From: Nymphaea colorata
Lineage: Eukaryota
Assembly (NCBI RefSeq): GCF_008831285.2
Contig: NC_045138.2
Coordinates: 5,084,001 to 5,148,000, forward strand
DNA: 64,000 nucleotides
Reading direction: 5' to 3'
Both the position numbers and the translations under genes were made by a program. Each line of letters starts with the position of its first letter. Within the stretch, counting starts at the first letter, position 1. The notes below the pieces were generated by a model that was not told where the DNA came from, did no database searches, and worked only from the letters and a program-made list of their open reading frames with translations. Positions 38,248 through 51,200 of this stretch are shown one piece after another.

Positions 38248-41200
38248 CAAAAAAATTACAAACAAAATAGCATATTCATGAATCATTAAATCATGATCCA
38301 AAATTTGTAGATACTAAGAATTTCAAGACAAAAAATCTGTCATTTGGGAGTTCCAAGGGGCGAAAAGGCAAAGAACGAGAGGGGCAAGGGGGGGAGAGGT
38401 GAGAGGGTGAGAGGGTGAGGGGGAGGAGAGGCGAGAGGATGAGAAAGGCAAGAGGGCAAAGGCATCGTACGAGAGAGGGGAAAAAATGGTTTTTTAAAAC
38501 GTGCAGTGGACCATTTTGGACTCGGTCAACTTTGACCAAGTCTAAAAATGGTTGGATTCGACCTCGGGTACTTTGACCGTACCCGACATGGTCAACGCCG
38601 CACCCGAGCCGTACCCGTACCCGTACTGGTGTCATACTGTTACGGTGCTGGTACTGCTCCTTTGGAGCAGTACCCGTGTTACAGAGATCATATGAAATAT
38701 GACCTCTAGGGCAGCTCACTTTCTTCTGCTTATTAGATATATAAAAGGTAAATTGCCATGTGTGACTAAGAGTTAGGCTTCCATACATTTACACAAGTCT
38801 TCATATTTGGTATCATTTTTAACCTCTTTCTTAATGTTTTGATCTTCATCCATGAACTTTCCTGTGTATTCATTAGACTGATTTGACTCTGTCACAGTCC
38901 GAATGGCGCATACAGTTCTGGATACAAACCAATGACTCATCAGGTGTGTTTTTAAAATGATGAGTTGTTTCTACTTTCATAGTTGTCTGTTTTGATTTCT
39001 TTTAGTTTATTGCTAGCGAAAGTTTTGTATTTGAGGAATTTGATTTTCACTGGCCATAAGTTTTACCACGTTTAAGATGTCAGTTTATGACGTTAGTTTT
39101 TTTAAGTTTTTTTGTTCCCCTGTGATCTTATGCATTGGCATTCCTGGTCTAGTTAGTGTCATGATGGCCTTATGAATTAATGTGCAACTTAAATGAAAAG
39201 CATTCAAGATATGCAATTATTCTCCATTGATAATGAAATTTATTATTTCTTGAGAGCTTGCAGCATTAGTGAGCAAGCTTACGATGCCTGTAAGTGCTGA
39301 GACCTATATGGAATTGGAATGGGTTGAAGCTGGTGGTAGTGTGGAATTTTCTTTTGGTTCATAAAAATTTTGACACTCTTTACCACATTCTTATGGAAAC
39401 TATTTGATTTCTTGATGTGTATGTTCTGTGGGAACGGAATTATCTTCAGGATTATGCTAGGGAGATTGTTTTTTGTCTTTAAGGTGAATAAGGTACTGAA
39501 AGAAAACAGAAAAACATCGTACCTAAAGTCAAACCAATCCTGTTTTTAGGGTAATTAATCATAGTCTCCTTCAACTGGTCATCTTGAGAAATCGTAATGA
39601 CAACACACTTGAACATTTTATGTGACCTAATTTATTTAAAATATTATTTATGTCACATGGACTCTTCAAAAAAGGGGCAGCACCCACTTCGACGTGACAT
39701 AAGTGTGGGCACGGACATGGGTGTGGCTCCAACACAAGCCCCAAAAGCACCCTCTCTTATTCAAAATTTTCTTCTCTCTGTCTCTCTCTTTCTTTATTTA
39801 CAGTAATAACAGTAAAAAAAGGACAGGTTGAGATATAATACTTTTTTTTTTCTTTTCCTGTACTCAAGATGAGGTTATCATTGTTATTTGACTGGAATAG
39901 TTCTTTCATCTTTGTAAACTTTTTTGACTGGTTGGCCTGTTTCCAGCTTATTTTTCAAGACAAGACAAAGTTAATTGATCCAGAAACATTTGAAACTTGA
40001 AATTGTTTGCTTTAATGATCATTGTCTTCGTAATGTAGCTCATTCTGCATGGTGTTGGGCATGTCTTATGACAAAAATGTAGTCTGTTTGGCAAAAGTGC
40101 CTTTTTCATGGAAAGTTGTGACGCTGTAGGTAAGCTGATTCTTGAGGAGTCCCAATGGGTAAATAACCTTACTACTGTGTGTCCATTACTGCCATGTACA
40201 TGTTTTTGCAATTTTAGCTTCAGATATATGTTGTTTTCCTATTTGGTCATTGCTTAATCTTAGATGTGTTGGAGCATGATGCACAAAAGGGCTGCTTAGA
40301 ATAGGGTGTTGTGTGTGCAGTGATTGAATATGAGATGCTATTTTCATCCAAGTACAGAGTCTTTTTTTCTTTTTTTTTTTCCAGCTAAAATATAGGTTTA
40401 AATTCCACATGAACTCCATTGAAAAATTTTGCACTTACAGGAATTTGTTCGATCAAGTCGAGCTCGTAGGCGGTATTGGGCAAGGAGTTATGCTGGGTGG
40501 AGAAGATTCACAAAGGCACAGCCTGGGGCAGCTCATATAGCACTAGCTTCACTTGAAAGAATTGGTCGATTGGATTTTATGGTTACACAAAATGTTGACA
40601 GGTAAAAGCAGTAGAATCTTTTCTTTTGATGTGGGATGTCAGGGAGGACCTTTTCACTTCATATATTTCCTTTTTCTTATTCACAGATTACATCATCGTG
40701 CTGGAAGCAGTGCACTTGAATTGCATGGGACTGTATATTCTGTCATTTGTTTGGAATGCGGTCATACCTTCTGCCGCCATTTATTCCAGGACCAACTCCG
40801 GTCTCTTAATCCACTGGTCTGACATTAGTACAATTCAATGTTTTCTTTGCTGTGGAAAATGGTGGAAAATTATAGAATAATCTGTTGTATGAGTTAGCAT
40901 CTCTAAATTCCTAGGTAGGAGTTCAGTGGACAGTGGACATGGTATCCACGTAGATCATTACTTCCACAAATGCATGATTAGCCAATACACTTGATCCAAT
41001 TCTTGCATTTAACGTTGTAAGTTCAAACTGGAAACTACATGTAAGCAAAGAAAGTCAGCTGGTTACTCTCTTTGTACACTTAAAGGGGAGCCATACTTAT
41101 TTTGATGCTTCAAGACACAAGGAGTCTCGGGCAGTTAAAATTATGTAGGATGTACGGATGTGGAAATGCAGTCTGTATCCTTTTTCACATAATAGGCTTC

Positions 41201-44200
41201 AGCATCTTCAATGTTTCCTTTTCCTTAGGCCTTTTAAAGTTCATTGACATTTTATGTTTCTAATTCATGCTTATATTTAAGACTTCTTTAGTGTTTTTCC
41301 TTAGTCATTTTATGTCTCCCCTCCTTCCCCTCCCCCTTCCCCCCAACACCAAACAACCATTTTTCTTGATTAGTCTTGTTAAACTGTTGAGCATGAAGAC
41401 TGATGTCTTTTTGCAGTGGGCTTCAGCACTTGAGCATTTGGAAGATGGAGATCCTGGTTCAGATGCAAATATTGGAATGATTCAACGGCCTGATGGTGAT
41501 ATAGATGTTGACGAGAAATTTTGGGAGGACAAGTTCCAAATTCCCAATTGCCAACAATGTAATGGAACATTGAAACCCGATGTGAGTTCCTCCATTAAAG
41601 TTGGAAATTTTACAATGTGCTTATATTTTAAGCTTAAATGCATATACTTTCTTATTCTGGGAAGATGTATAGGGTTTGCTTTGTCCATTGGCTATAATTT
41701 TAACCATGGGTCGTAAAATGTTTCTGCCCCACATGAAAGTGCTAGATTTGAGCATAAGATAGAAATTGCTTTAGTAAAGTCATCTCTAGTTGTTAGTTTA
41801 AATAACGTTGCAGTAGCTGGCAATGTCAGGATTTTTGCTTATTGTGAATTTTCTTTTCTCTGTAGAATGTGTTTGGTCCAGTTAAAAAAAGCCATCCGAA
41901 CCGGTGCTAGGAGATGCATCAACTTGTAAATTAACCTAACTACTTTTGAATTGGTTTGTCATGATTTCCAGAAAAATATATGTGAGATCACTTAAGCCTA
42001 GGTGCACTCTAATAATGGAATTAGTCCTGAAAGAGCTTCTCTTCAATCTTCAGTAGAAGTTTTTGAAACATAAACATCAGATAGGCACCACCCACACCAT
42101 AGTTACAGTTATAGTGTTCAATTTGTTGTTTCTGAGTATACGAAAAAATAAAAATTTCAATAATGGCTGATAGTCAATAACTGCTGATATGGTATGAACA
42201 AGAAACTTCAGGTATCACCAACTTTTACAGAGGTCAACATTCATCTAGTTCAGCACTTTCAAGAAAGTTGATGGGATAAAGTCATAATAAAAAACAATCT
42301 CTCATTCATTTGAGTAGACTTTTGTACTTCCAATTAAAGGCTTTCTATGTGACACTTGGTTTTCTTACACTGCTGTATTATAGTTCTAAATGACGTATTG
42401 TCTGAAGGATATCACCAAGCGTTTTGTAATGAAGCTTCTTGTCACATTTGAAGTTTCTAATGGATCTCTCAAAATGCCCTAACAATTGTGCAAGTTGCTC
42501 ACTTGGCAAATCATGCAACCATACTGTGAAGGCATAAAAAGCTCCATTGGAATTCATTAATGTAAGGAATCCAAGTTGCAAATCTATGGCTGCTTTCAGC
42601 CAAGCCGCAATGGTAAGGCAAGCTGGATGATGGCTGGCAAACTTGGGTAGGCCATGAATTGACTTACCCAAATTGACTTCGCTGCAGTTCTAACTAACTG
42701 AAAATAAGTCTTCATACTTGCTTATGACCAAACTTGGTCAAGTCAACAGTTTGACTTGCTCAAAGCGACAAACGTTGCTGAGTGAACTAAGTTTTATCGT
42801 TGAGTTTGGCCAAGTCAACTGAGCTGTGAAATGTAAAGTAATCTTTTATTCTATTGTTCTATTTATGGTCGTATCATCATAAATATAGCGGACCTTTTTT
42901 TTACTTATTACTATTATTTACGTGATAAAATTACTTGTACGTTTAATTTTTGGTTTTTACGTTATGTCATTCATTTTTAATACATAAAGCCTCTGAGTCA
43001 CCAAATTGACTCATCTGAGTCATTGGGTTCACATGAGCTGATCCAGTAGGGAGCCCAGTTGCCAATAGTATTTGTGACTACCAATAAACTAGCCTGAGTT
43101 GTGCACCAAGTTGCCTTTTCTGGAGAAAATGCTAACCTTTGGGCTCTGGAGTTAGTCCAGACTCCAGAGGGAAACAGTGAGAGATTAAGCATGATACGAT
43201 ACCAGATTCTAGGAAAGGATGCATCTTAGGATTTGCTATCAGCACATCATATGGAAAAACCGGAGTAAATTTGACTTTCTATTAGTGAAATTTTAGTGGA
43301 AAATAATAGGGTATTGCTCATATATTGCATCTCATTCTGTTCTTCATAGTTTTCAGGTTTAATGTTCGTGTCATTGTTTAATATGCTGACTGTAAATATG
43401 TTTCACATCAAAGGTGTGCTTATGCATCTAAGAGACTGGGGCTACGTTTAGAGATAATCTTGAGCTAATATTTCCTTTATAATTTTGAATTGTTGAAGGT
43501 TGTTTTCTTTGGAGACAACGTTCCAAAGGATAGAGCTGACAAAGCCATGGAAGGTGCGAAAAGCTGTGATGCTTTACTAGTGGTTGGGTCATCTGTGATG
43601 ACAATGTCTGCTTATCGGCTTGTCAGGTGAATACGTTATGATTAATTTTCTTTGAATCCTTGATAAGGGAGTATAGTTTTATCATCACCCAATATGAGCA
43701 GCCTTAATTTCTCCAATGTGGCACATTGATTGATATAAAATATTAAAAACCTCTCTCTAAGGGACTCAAAAAAGAAAAACCACTGTCAATTTGTGTACCT
43801 TGTATGTTGGGTAAAACTCATATTACTGAAAGTAAACAAAAACGATGGCATTTTCTTACTACAGTATGGAGTGATTGCTTGGTGGATTGAAGTTCCTTTG
43901 TTAAGCATGTTCATCTTCTGGAGGTAGAGGAATTCATTTTAGGGTCTTTTTTGTGACAAAGAAAGACCATCGGATCATGTTGGTTTTTGCTATGCATGAA
44001 GCTGGAACAGATGAGAATGATTAACATGTCAGTCCTGAGGTTCATCAATTCCGATCTAGTTAGTTCATGGTTAGTAGGTGATGCTTGAGTTCTGATCTCA
44101 ATGCTGATAAATTCATTAGATGCATTTTTGTTTCCTGATACGAGACGTAGTCAGCATCATATCTTGTTTCTCTTTAGTGCCCAACTTTTGGGTTAAATTG

Positions 44201-45816
44201 ATTAGGAAAATAGTTGACTCGTGCACATGATAGTGCTTTACATTGAAGTCATGAAGCCTTGTTAAAATACACTCAGTTCCCGGGTACCTATTGCAAAGGG
44301 AGAGGGAAAATAAGAAAGATCAGGTCTGAAATTTTTGGTTGAGTGATCCATATGCAGAAGATATAAGCAATTTGCAGGTGGTTCTAAGCTGGATGAAAGA
44401 TCTGCAACTGACACTTACTTGCACGATAGTTTCAGAAATTTCTGAAGTTGTTTCCCTCTATTCCTTTTGTACAGTTCAGAACCCAGTGGAATATTAATCT
44501 TTCACAATTGAAAACCTGAGGACAATCGTTTGTTCTAGAGATTAGAATGTGAAACTCAAACAAGGATTTCTTGGCTTATCTACAGGCCTGCACAACTAGA
44601 GAATCCATTTCATCCCAACCAATAAGTAATTTGAAGGTCACCAACAAGAGTTAAGAAGCTCAAGAGCTCAACCTTTGACATACATCTTTATGGGTATAAA
44701 TCTGGTACTGATAGGATTAGCCTGCCCTAGCTTGCCTGTCTGAAAAATAGAAAAAAGAAAGTCTTTTATCTACTGACGTCACTTACTTTCTTTCGGTAAA
44801 TACAATTGGCGGCCTTTTCTTTCAAGTTTGGTGCAAAATCTTAGATCAGTTTGATTGATGAATTTAGTTGAATTTAGATCCATTAATGTGCTTCCAAAGA
44901 AGTGGATGAAACAATGCCTTGTCCTGTTCGTTTTGAAATAGATTGCACTTGAGAAACATTATAATGAATTGTTGGCCAAATGTTGGATAAGATGGCTAGT
45001 AGCTTTTATTAGGTTTAATGAGCACATGATGGTGTTATCTTCTGAATTCTGTTCTGTTTCTGGGCATCACAGGTATTAATTCTGATTTCATTTTGTCGAC
45101 AAAACATCCGCCTGAATTTTGCAGTGTGGCTTTTTATGCTATAATGTTTCTGCTGGATGTAAATCTTTTAGTCTTCTGACCTTTTTTCCTTGTTAATGAT
45201 TAACAAATCCATTTCATTGTGTCTCAATTTTTTCCAGTTCACCGCTTTGTGTTGATGCACAGTGTCATTTGTCTATTTTCTTCGTCAAATATTAGCAAGA
45301 TTGCTATGTTCATGTGCTTAGTCTGTTCTGTTGCATGCAGAGCTGCTCATGAAGCCGGCGCATCTACTGCTATTGTCAATATCGGTCCCACAAGAGCCGA
45401 TGATATGGTGTCATTAAAAATTAAAGCAAGATGTGGGGAGGTATTTTTCTTTTCTTGTTTTTGGGGGAAGAGGAATTTAATGAGGAAAACAACTTGTTTG
45501 CTGTCTGGGTTCCAAAATCTGTTCGTTCCTCATAATTCCAACTCCTACTCCTCTGTGGCTTGAAGTTGCATTGAGAACACTGAGTTGCTCTCTACAAGAT
45601 GGTGGTCACTCGTCAGTCCTCTATTCATGGCTTCAATCTACTAGTGCTTTAATTCTCTCACATAGCTGATGTTCCTTCCTGCCGAGCCAATTTTCACGTG
45701 AAGTTGGGCAGTTGTTTATTGTTTTTAACTCAGCATCTCTGCTCTTTTTGTGATGACAGATACTACCTAGGTTGCTTCAGATGGGGTCTCTGAGCATACC
45801 AGCAGTGCAGCCTTAA
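35181..45816 (+). CDS. SRT2: NAD-dependent deacylase SRT2 (class II, SIRT4-like sirtuin), 11 exons
   Basis: Exons 35181-35210, 36388-36430, 37509-37779, 37904-37969, 38898-38943, 40441-40601, 40687-40816, 41417-41581, 43499-43626, 45341-45440 and 45760-45816. Motifs LTGAGMSTECGIPDYRSPNG, RRRYWARSYAGW, TQNVDRLHHRAG, ELHGTV..CxxC, RPDGD, CxxC.G.LKPDVVFFGDNVP, GSS and VNIGPTRAD. The two small 5' exons are less certain. Confidence 0.93.
35435..35596. repeat. ~80-bp imperfect tandem duplication in SRT2 intron 1
   Basis: GTTACTTACTTT...GCGTTATTGGAGGTGT twice. Confidence 0.9.
37085..37131. repeat. (GA)n microsatellite
   Basis: Directly visible. Confidence 0.95.
38131..38686. mobile_element. Non-autonomous hAT-like element (CTATGTCACA family) in an SRT2 intron
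   Basis: Termini CTATGTCACA...TGTTACAGAG, CGGGTA/TACCCG subterminal repeats, and a degenerate 8-bp TSD ATTCTATG/ATCATATG (6/8). Confidence 0.75.
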
Positions 45817-47122
45817 TTTATATCTTTCATCGACTGGAAGATGCCTAACAGTCCGTGTCCCCATGGTAGTGCCGCAATTTTGTGCCTGCAATTCATCATC
45901 TGTATAACCCGGCCGCAATGTAAAATGTGTTGTACATATTGATGTATGTTGTGGCTGAATGTGATGGTCATGTCCTGGCATGTGTTCATTTTGCAAAGTC
46001 TCTGCAGGAGTGCACGTAGACCATCTTCTGCGTCCAGTTCTCGTGGGCGCGTCCCATCTTCAATGCTGTAGCAGTAACTGTTGATAATGGGTTTTGACCA
46101 AGGATCAACTTGTTAATTTGCTATGACTCTAAAGTCTAAACCATTTTTATCAAAAAATGAATCGATTTTCCAATCTTTTCAGGTAGAAGATTATACAAGC
46201 TTATATGTTGTGAGGGGTTTTATGTGTTTTATTTCCCCACCGTTCTGCAAATAGGACCTGTTAGATCCTGTGTGTTTCAACTCAGGAAATTCTCGTCGAA
46301 TTCAACTTTGATGCCAAAGTTCACTTGCACAGAGGAAGATAGGACCGTAGGACTGAACTTTGACTTGAAAATTGCCTTTGCCAGGATTTGTCGTTTTTTG
46401 AAAGATTAGATGCTTGGCTATTCGAGAGGCTGACATTGTCCCCATTCTTCCTGCCTCGGGGTTTTTTTTATTTATTTTTTCAGTTGAGCCAGAGGATTAT
46501 GATCTACCACCAGAAAAATTTGAAACGTCCTTCGTCCCCTTGCCTATGAGGTTTAGCATTAAAATAGGAAAAAAAAAGTAAGGAACTTTTCCCTTTTTGA
46601 GCATAAAATTTTCCCTATAATTAAGAAAAAGGAACCAATTCTTTTTCTTTTTGCAATTTTGTGCCCTTTCATAAAGCTTCAAATAAGGCCCTGTTATAAA
46701 GCTTTCATTTACCTGAGAAACAAAAAATGTCACCTAAGACGGTGAAAAAACAAACTAGTGAAAAAGTTCATATTGCAAAAAAAAAAAGTTTTACACTTTC
46801 AGTTCACGTTTTTGTATTTTATGAAAAGTGTCGCTTCTTATTAGAAAAATGTCAAAAAGTAGGCCTTTCTAAATTATTTATCAATGGTAGGCCTGAAAAT
46901 AAAATAAATTTAAAAATAAATGGTACTGCTTAGAAACTCAAAACAATGTGTCGTCCTACCTACTTTGCAAATAAAATTGAGTGGAAACCAGTAGACTCAG
47001 TTACTACAAAGATTCAGAACACCTCCTTTTGGCCAAGTGAATCGGAACAAATGATGTCCAGTCAACCCAGGAGCATAGGGTACATGGAAATAATTCAAGT
47101 TATATATGGATATCTTTTCTAA

Positions 47123-47517
47123 GGTTGTGTTGGATAGCTTTGGATTTTAAATCTGAAGCTGCACAAAAGCTATTTGAGAGATGAGCTTCATAAAAAGGTA
47201 TTTGAGAGACGATCTCAATAGTATGGATTTCAAATGCATGCTACATGTTAAAAGCCATGGATTTAAGGTAAGATTGAGATGAGTCCGAGCTTAAATTCAT
47301 AGACTTTAGAGTTGGGGTGAAACAAACTCAACCTAAGGGTGTGTTGTTTCAACCTAAGGGTGTGTTGTTTCATCATGGATCTCATATCCCCAGTGAGATG
47401 AAATCCCTAAAATTTTAAATCGATGGATTTAAGATTGGACCATCCTTCCATCTGACCTTAAATCTATGGTTTTTAATGCAACCTCAGGTCTAAGATCAGA
47501 TGCTATCAAACACAACC
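47123..47517. mobile_element. Tourist/PIF-Harbinger-like MITE(s), palindromic pair
   Basis: Outer TIRs GGTTGTGTTGGATAGC / GCTATCAAACACAACC are flanked by TAA on both sides. An internal ...CAACC-TAA-GGGTGTGTTG junction carries a 21-bp duplication. Confidence 0.75.
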
Positions 47518-48255
47518 TAAAATAAAATAGCTTGCTCTAGCAAGTATACTTGAGTGCAACAAATCCTATAGAATGTGGCTCTCACGCATGTAAAATTCAA
47601 TTCCACGTGGGAGAAAAGCTTATTTACATTACATATACATATATTAGAATATTGCAAAGTTGGTGGGCCTGCGCCCTGCTCATATGTGGCTTGGCTATTG
47701 ATTATTGTATATTATGCTCGCATGAGTTCAAAAGTGTTATTATTATTGTGTTTTTTCAGAAAATTTCCATTTTGGGAACCACATTTTGGCCGTAATATGA
47801 AATATGGGTCTTGTTTTCAGACCTCTTGATTTAATATGCATTTCAAGTTATAGTTATGCAATATACATGAAAAGACATGGTTTTTATTAATACATCTTAA
47901 ATTTAACTCGTATTGCTTCTTGAAAATAAAGATATAATTCTTTAATCACCCATTAATTCTATAGCTCTCAGGTCCATGAGTCACTAGACTCCGGATTTGA
48001 TCGATCTGGATCTGCGGCCCCAAAATGGGTCGAAATTGGTGCAATGTTTTGGCATATTGGATATGAAGTCCACCCGGACCTTTAATTTTTCAGCTTTCTC
48101 GATCCGAACCGTTTGCGTGCCTCGGTGAAACCGGCGTTCACTTGGCCTCATCCTCCTCCTCGAGTCCGGCCTTCATAAGTGGGGAGCACCGTTCGGACTT
48201 CATACTGACGCTGCTCTCTTCTTCTTCGTGCCGTTGGATTCTCGCGTTATCTCTC

Positions 48256-51200
48256 ATGGCAATTCTTTCTCCCAACGTTCCTCGCTCCCTCTCCTCTAAC
48301 AAACCCAAATATCCTTTCTTCGATTGCCTGTGCTCCAAGAGGAAAGCAACGATACCCACTTGCTGTTCGTCTTCTTCTGGAATGGTTTCTCATTCCGTGT
48401 CTCATTCTCCAAGTTCCCCACTTGCTTCGTTTAAGGTGTGTAGCGTGTTTTTCCTTCATTCCGGTAGTGGCCAACTTTGTTTTTTGGTGTATTCACGCTG
48501 CATATGCTTAGTTGCGTTGTCTACGCTGCAAATGCTTAGTTGCGTTGTCCGACTGTGTTTTTCCGCAGGAGAATTTGGTGAGCTTGCAGAAGAATTGGTC
48601 GAACTTCACTAGTTTGAACTACTGGGTCGTTCGTGATTACTTTCTTCTGGTTGATATGGTCAACGGTTTGGAGCCCCGAATTCGGAAACTGACGGATGAA
48701 CAGGTGCGTTTTGCTTGCTGCTTTTCCTTTTTCTCTTCTTTTCCTAGGATTACGTTCTCTTCGTGTACAGTTTTGCTCTATGAAGATTTGTTTGTTTGTT
48801 TTTTTATTTTTATTTTTTATTTTTTGGTTTCTTGTGGTTTTGGTACGATACTTTATGATCATCACTAGAAAGTCCCTGCTTGTATGGCATTGTTTTCATA
48901 GTTAGTTATGGCTTCCTGACAACTGAGTGAAGAGGCGGCTGGCATTGGAAGTTTTGCCTTTCCTGTTTTTAGAACTTTACTTTGCTTTTATCGTTTCTCA
49001 AGGAGAACCAGAATCTCTGCCTCCTCTCCCGTTTGAGCATACTTGTTTTTTATTTTCGTAGTGGTAGCTTTAATTTCATAGTTCTGCTGCTGCTATGTTT
49101 TTGTTTTTTGTGATACTGTTAATCCTTTCAATGTCTTAATTATTTGGTTCTTTCACTTTGAGTAACTTGGGTTATAATCTATCGGTTTTGATGATTATCA
49201 CGTGGGCAGCTTCGTGCAAAAACAAACGAATTTCGTATTCGGTTGAGTAGAGGACAAACGTTAGCTGACATTCAAGCAGGTTGGGATTCCTCTCTAGTTT
49301 TTTGTATGTAACGTATTGCTGATAACTGAATTAAGAATTTGTTTCTGATAAAAGTTCTGGTCTTTATTCTCAAGAGGCATTTGCTGTTGTCCGGGAAGCT
49401 GCAAAAAGAACATTGAGCATGAGACATTTTGATGTCCAGGTCTAAATATGGGCTATCTCTAAATCCTGAAGTCCTTGAACGACATAGTGGAGTTTCCTGC
49501 TTATATATTTTGTTGGTCTTTTTGGTTCCATTTTAGATTATTGGTGGTGCTGTGCTCCACGATGGTTCCATTGCTGAGATGAAAACTGGCGAGGGAAAAA
49601 CACTTGTTTCCACATTAGCAGGTGCTTATGTTTTAGTTAACTAGTTTTGGTTTCATGACTTATAGCCTTCATGGGACTTCTTAGTGACACATGATCTGAT
49701 CGATTCAACTTCAGAAGAGCTGTTCATTGTGAAATACTCGTATCTTAATTCCAGATATTTCTAACTCTCATTTTCTTGAATCTATTGCAGCTTACCTTAA
49801 TGCGCTTACTGGCAATGGTGTTCACGGTATGCCTGCAACTTTGTGAAAAATATATTTTGAGGAAATTAGTGAAGATGACTGCTTTGAAAGTTCTCTTCAT
49901 TATGGCAGTGTTATCTTCACTTGACAGTATGTAGTATGTATAGCTCCACTCATGTATGAATGGAGAACATTACTTTTTGCTTCTTCCACACTTAAGACCT
50001 GAAATATCCATTTTTATTTTTTACATTTTGGAGCATTTATTTTGGAGAACCAAATCAAAGAGGCATGAGGGGTTGTAGAATGGTTATTTGTATCTTCCTG
50101 GTCCAAAAGGTCAAAGGCTTAACACCAAATTTATTTTCCCAATCTGAACATGATAGCCCTTAGCTGCGATAGCATGCTTGATAGTTCATACTAGTCACCA
50201 GGATTCAGAATCTTCATCTTTCCAGCCAAGCACCTATTGGTGCTTTACACAATTAACTCAAAGTGTTATCAAATCTATCATGAACTGAATCAGTGAGCCT
50301 GCTGATTTGGCAAACTGTCCCATTCCCCAATTTGGTTAATTGGTTTTGAATTGGTAAAACAAGATAAAAGGACCAAGTTAATTTTTTTTTTAAATTTTTT
50401 TTAAATATGAAGAAAGTTTGAAAACTGATGTGTGCCACTCTTGAACTGGCATTGAATCAATTCAGTTTTACCACCAATTCAATTCGGCCGATTTTGATAA
50501 CACTAATCAAAGCAAACAAAAATTTAGCACACCATGATCCTTCAACAACATAGAAGCATGGAAAGACCAGCAATGTTGTCTTTCTGAGAATTTTGATGTT
50601 AGACTAAGCCAGTAAGGGACTCCTTTCTACCAAGTTACAAACTATGTTCCTATTAGATAAGGAGGAAGCATGATGGCTTTGCCAACTTAGGTGATGAAAA
50701 ACTGTGCAATGACCTCTATTATGGCAGCTTGAAGCTTGAGACCTGGTTCAAGAAACTTTTCTACTGAAAAACAGGCTACTGGATCAGGAAGTAGAGGGGT
50801 ATAGGGCCCCAATGATTCAAGTTCAGGATGTCTCGTGTTCAGCATCAAATAACGTCCAGCTATTGTTGTGCTAGTGAAATTTGAGAGCATAGTCACAAAA
50901 ACACGTTTTCTTTTTTTGAAAAAAACGTGTTTTTTTTTAAAATGTGATAAATTAAATTGCCGTTTAAAACTTGAAAAAACTTTTTTTTTTGGAAAAAAAC
51001 ATTAAAAGCAAAAAAACACGTTTTTTTCACCTTTTTCATTTTTTAAAATGCCAAACAGTTTTTTTTCATTTTCTATTTTTTATTTCTTGCAAATCTACTT
51101 ATCTTTTGGTGTTTGTGTTATTAGTTTCTCACTTATTTTATGTTTTCCCCATTTTTAGTTTTTTTTTTTAATTTTTAAAAATTTACTGTATTTTTTTCCC

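Noticed and set aside
48142..48255. In-frame N-terminal extension of SECA2 from a TTG
   Set aside because: There is no ATG. The ATG at 48256 has good context and gives a normal transit peptide, so this is probably an open 5' UTR.
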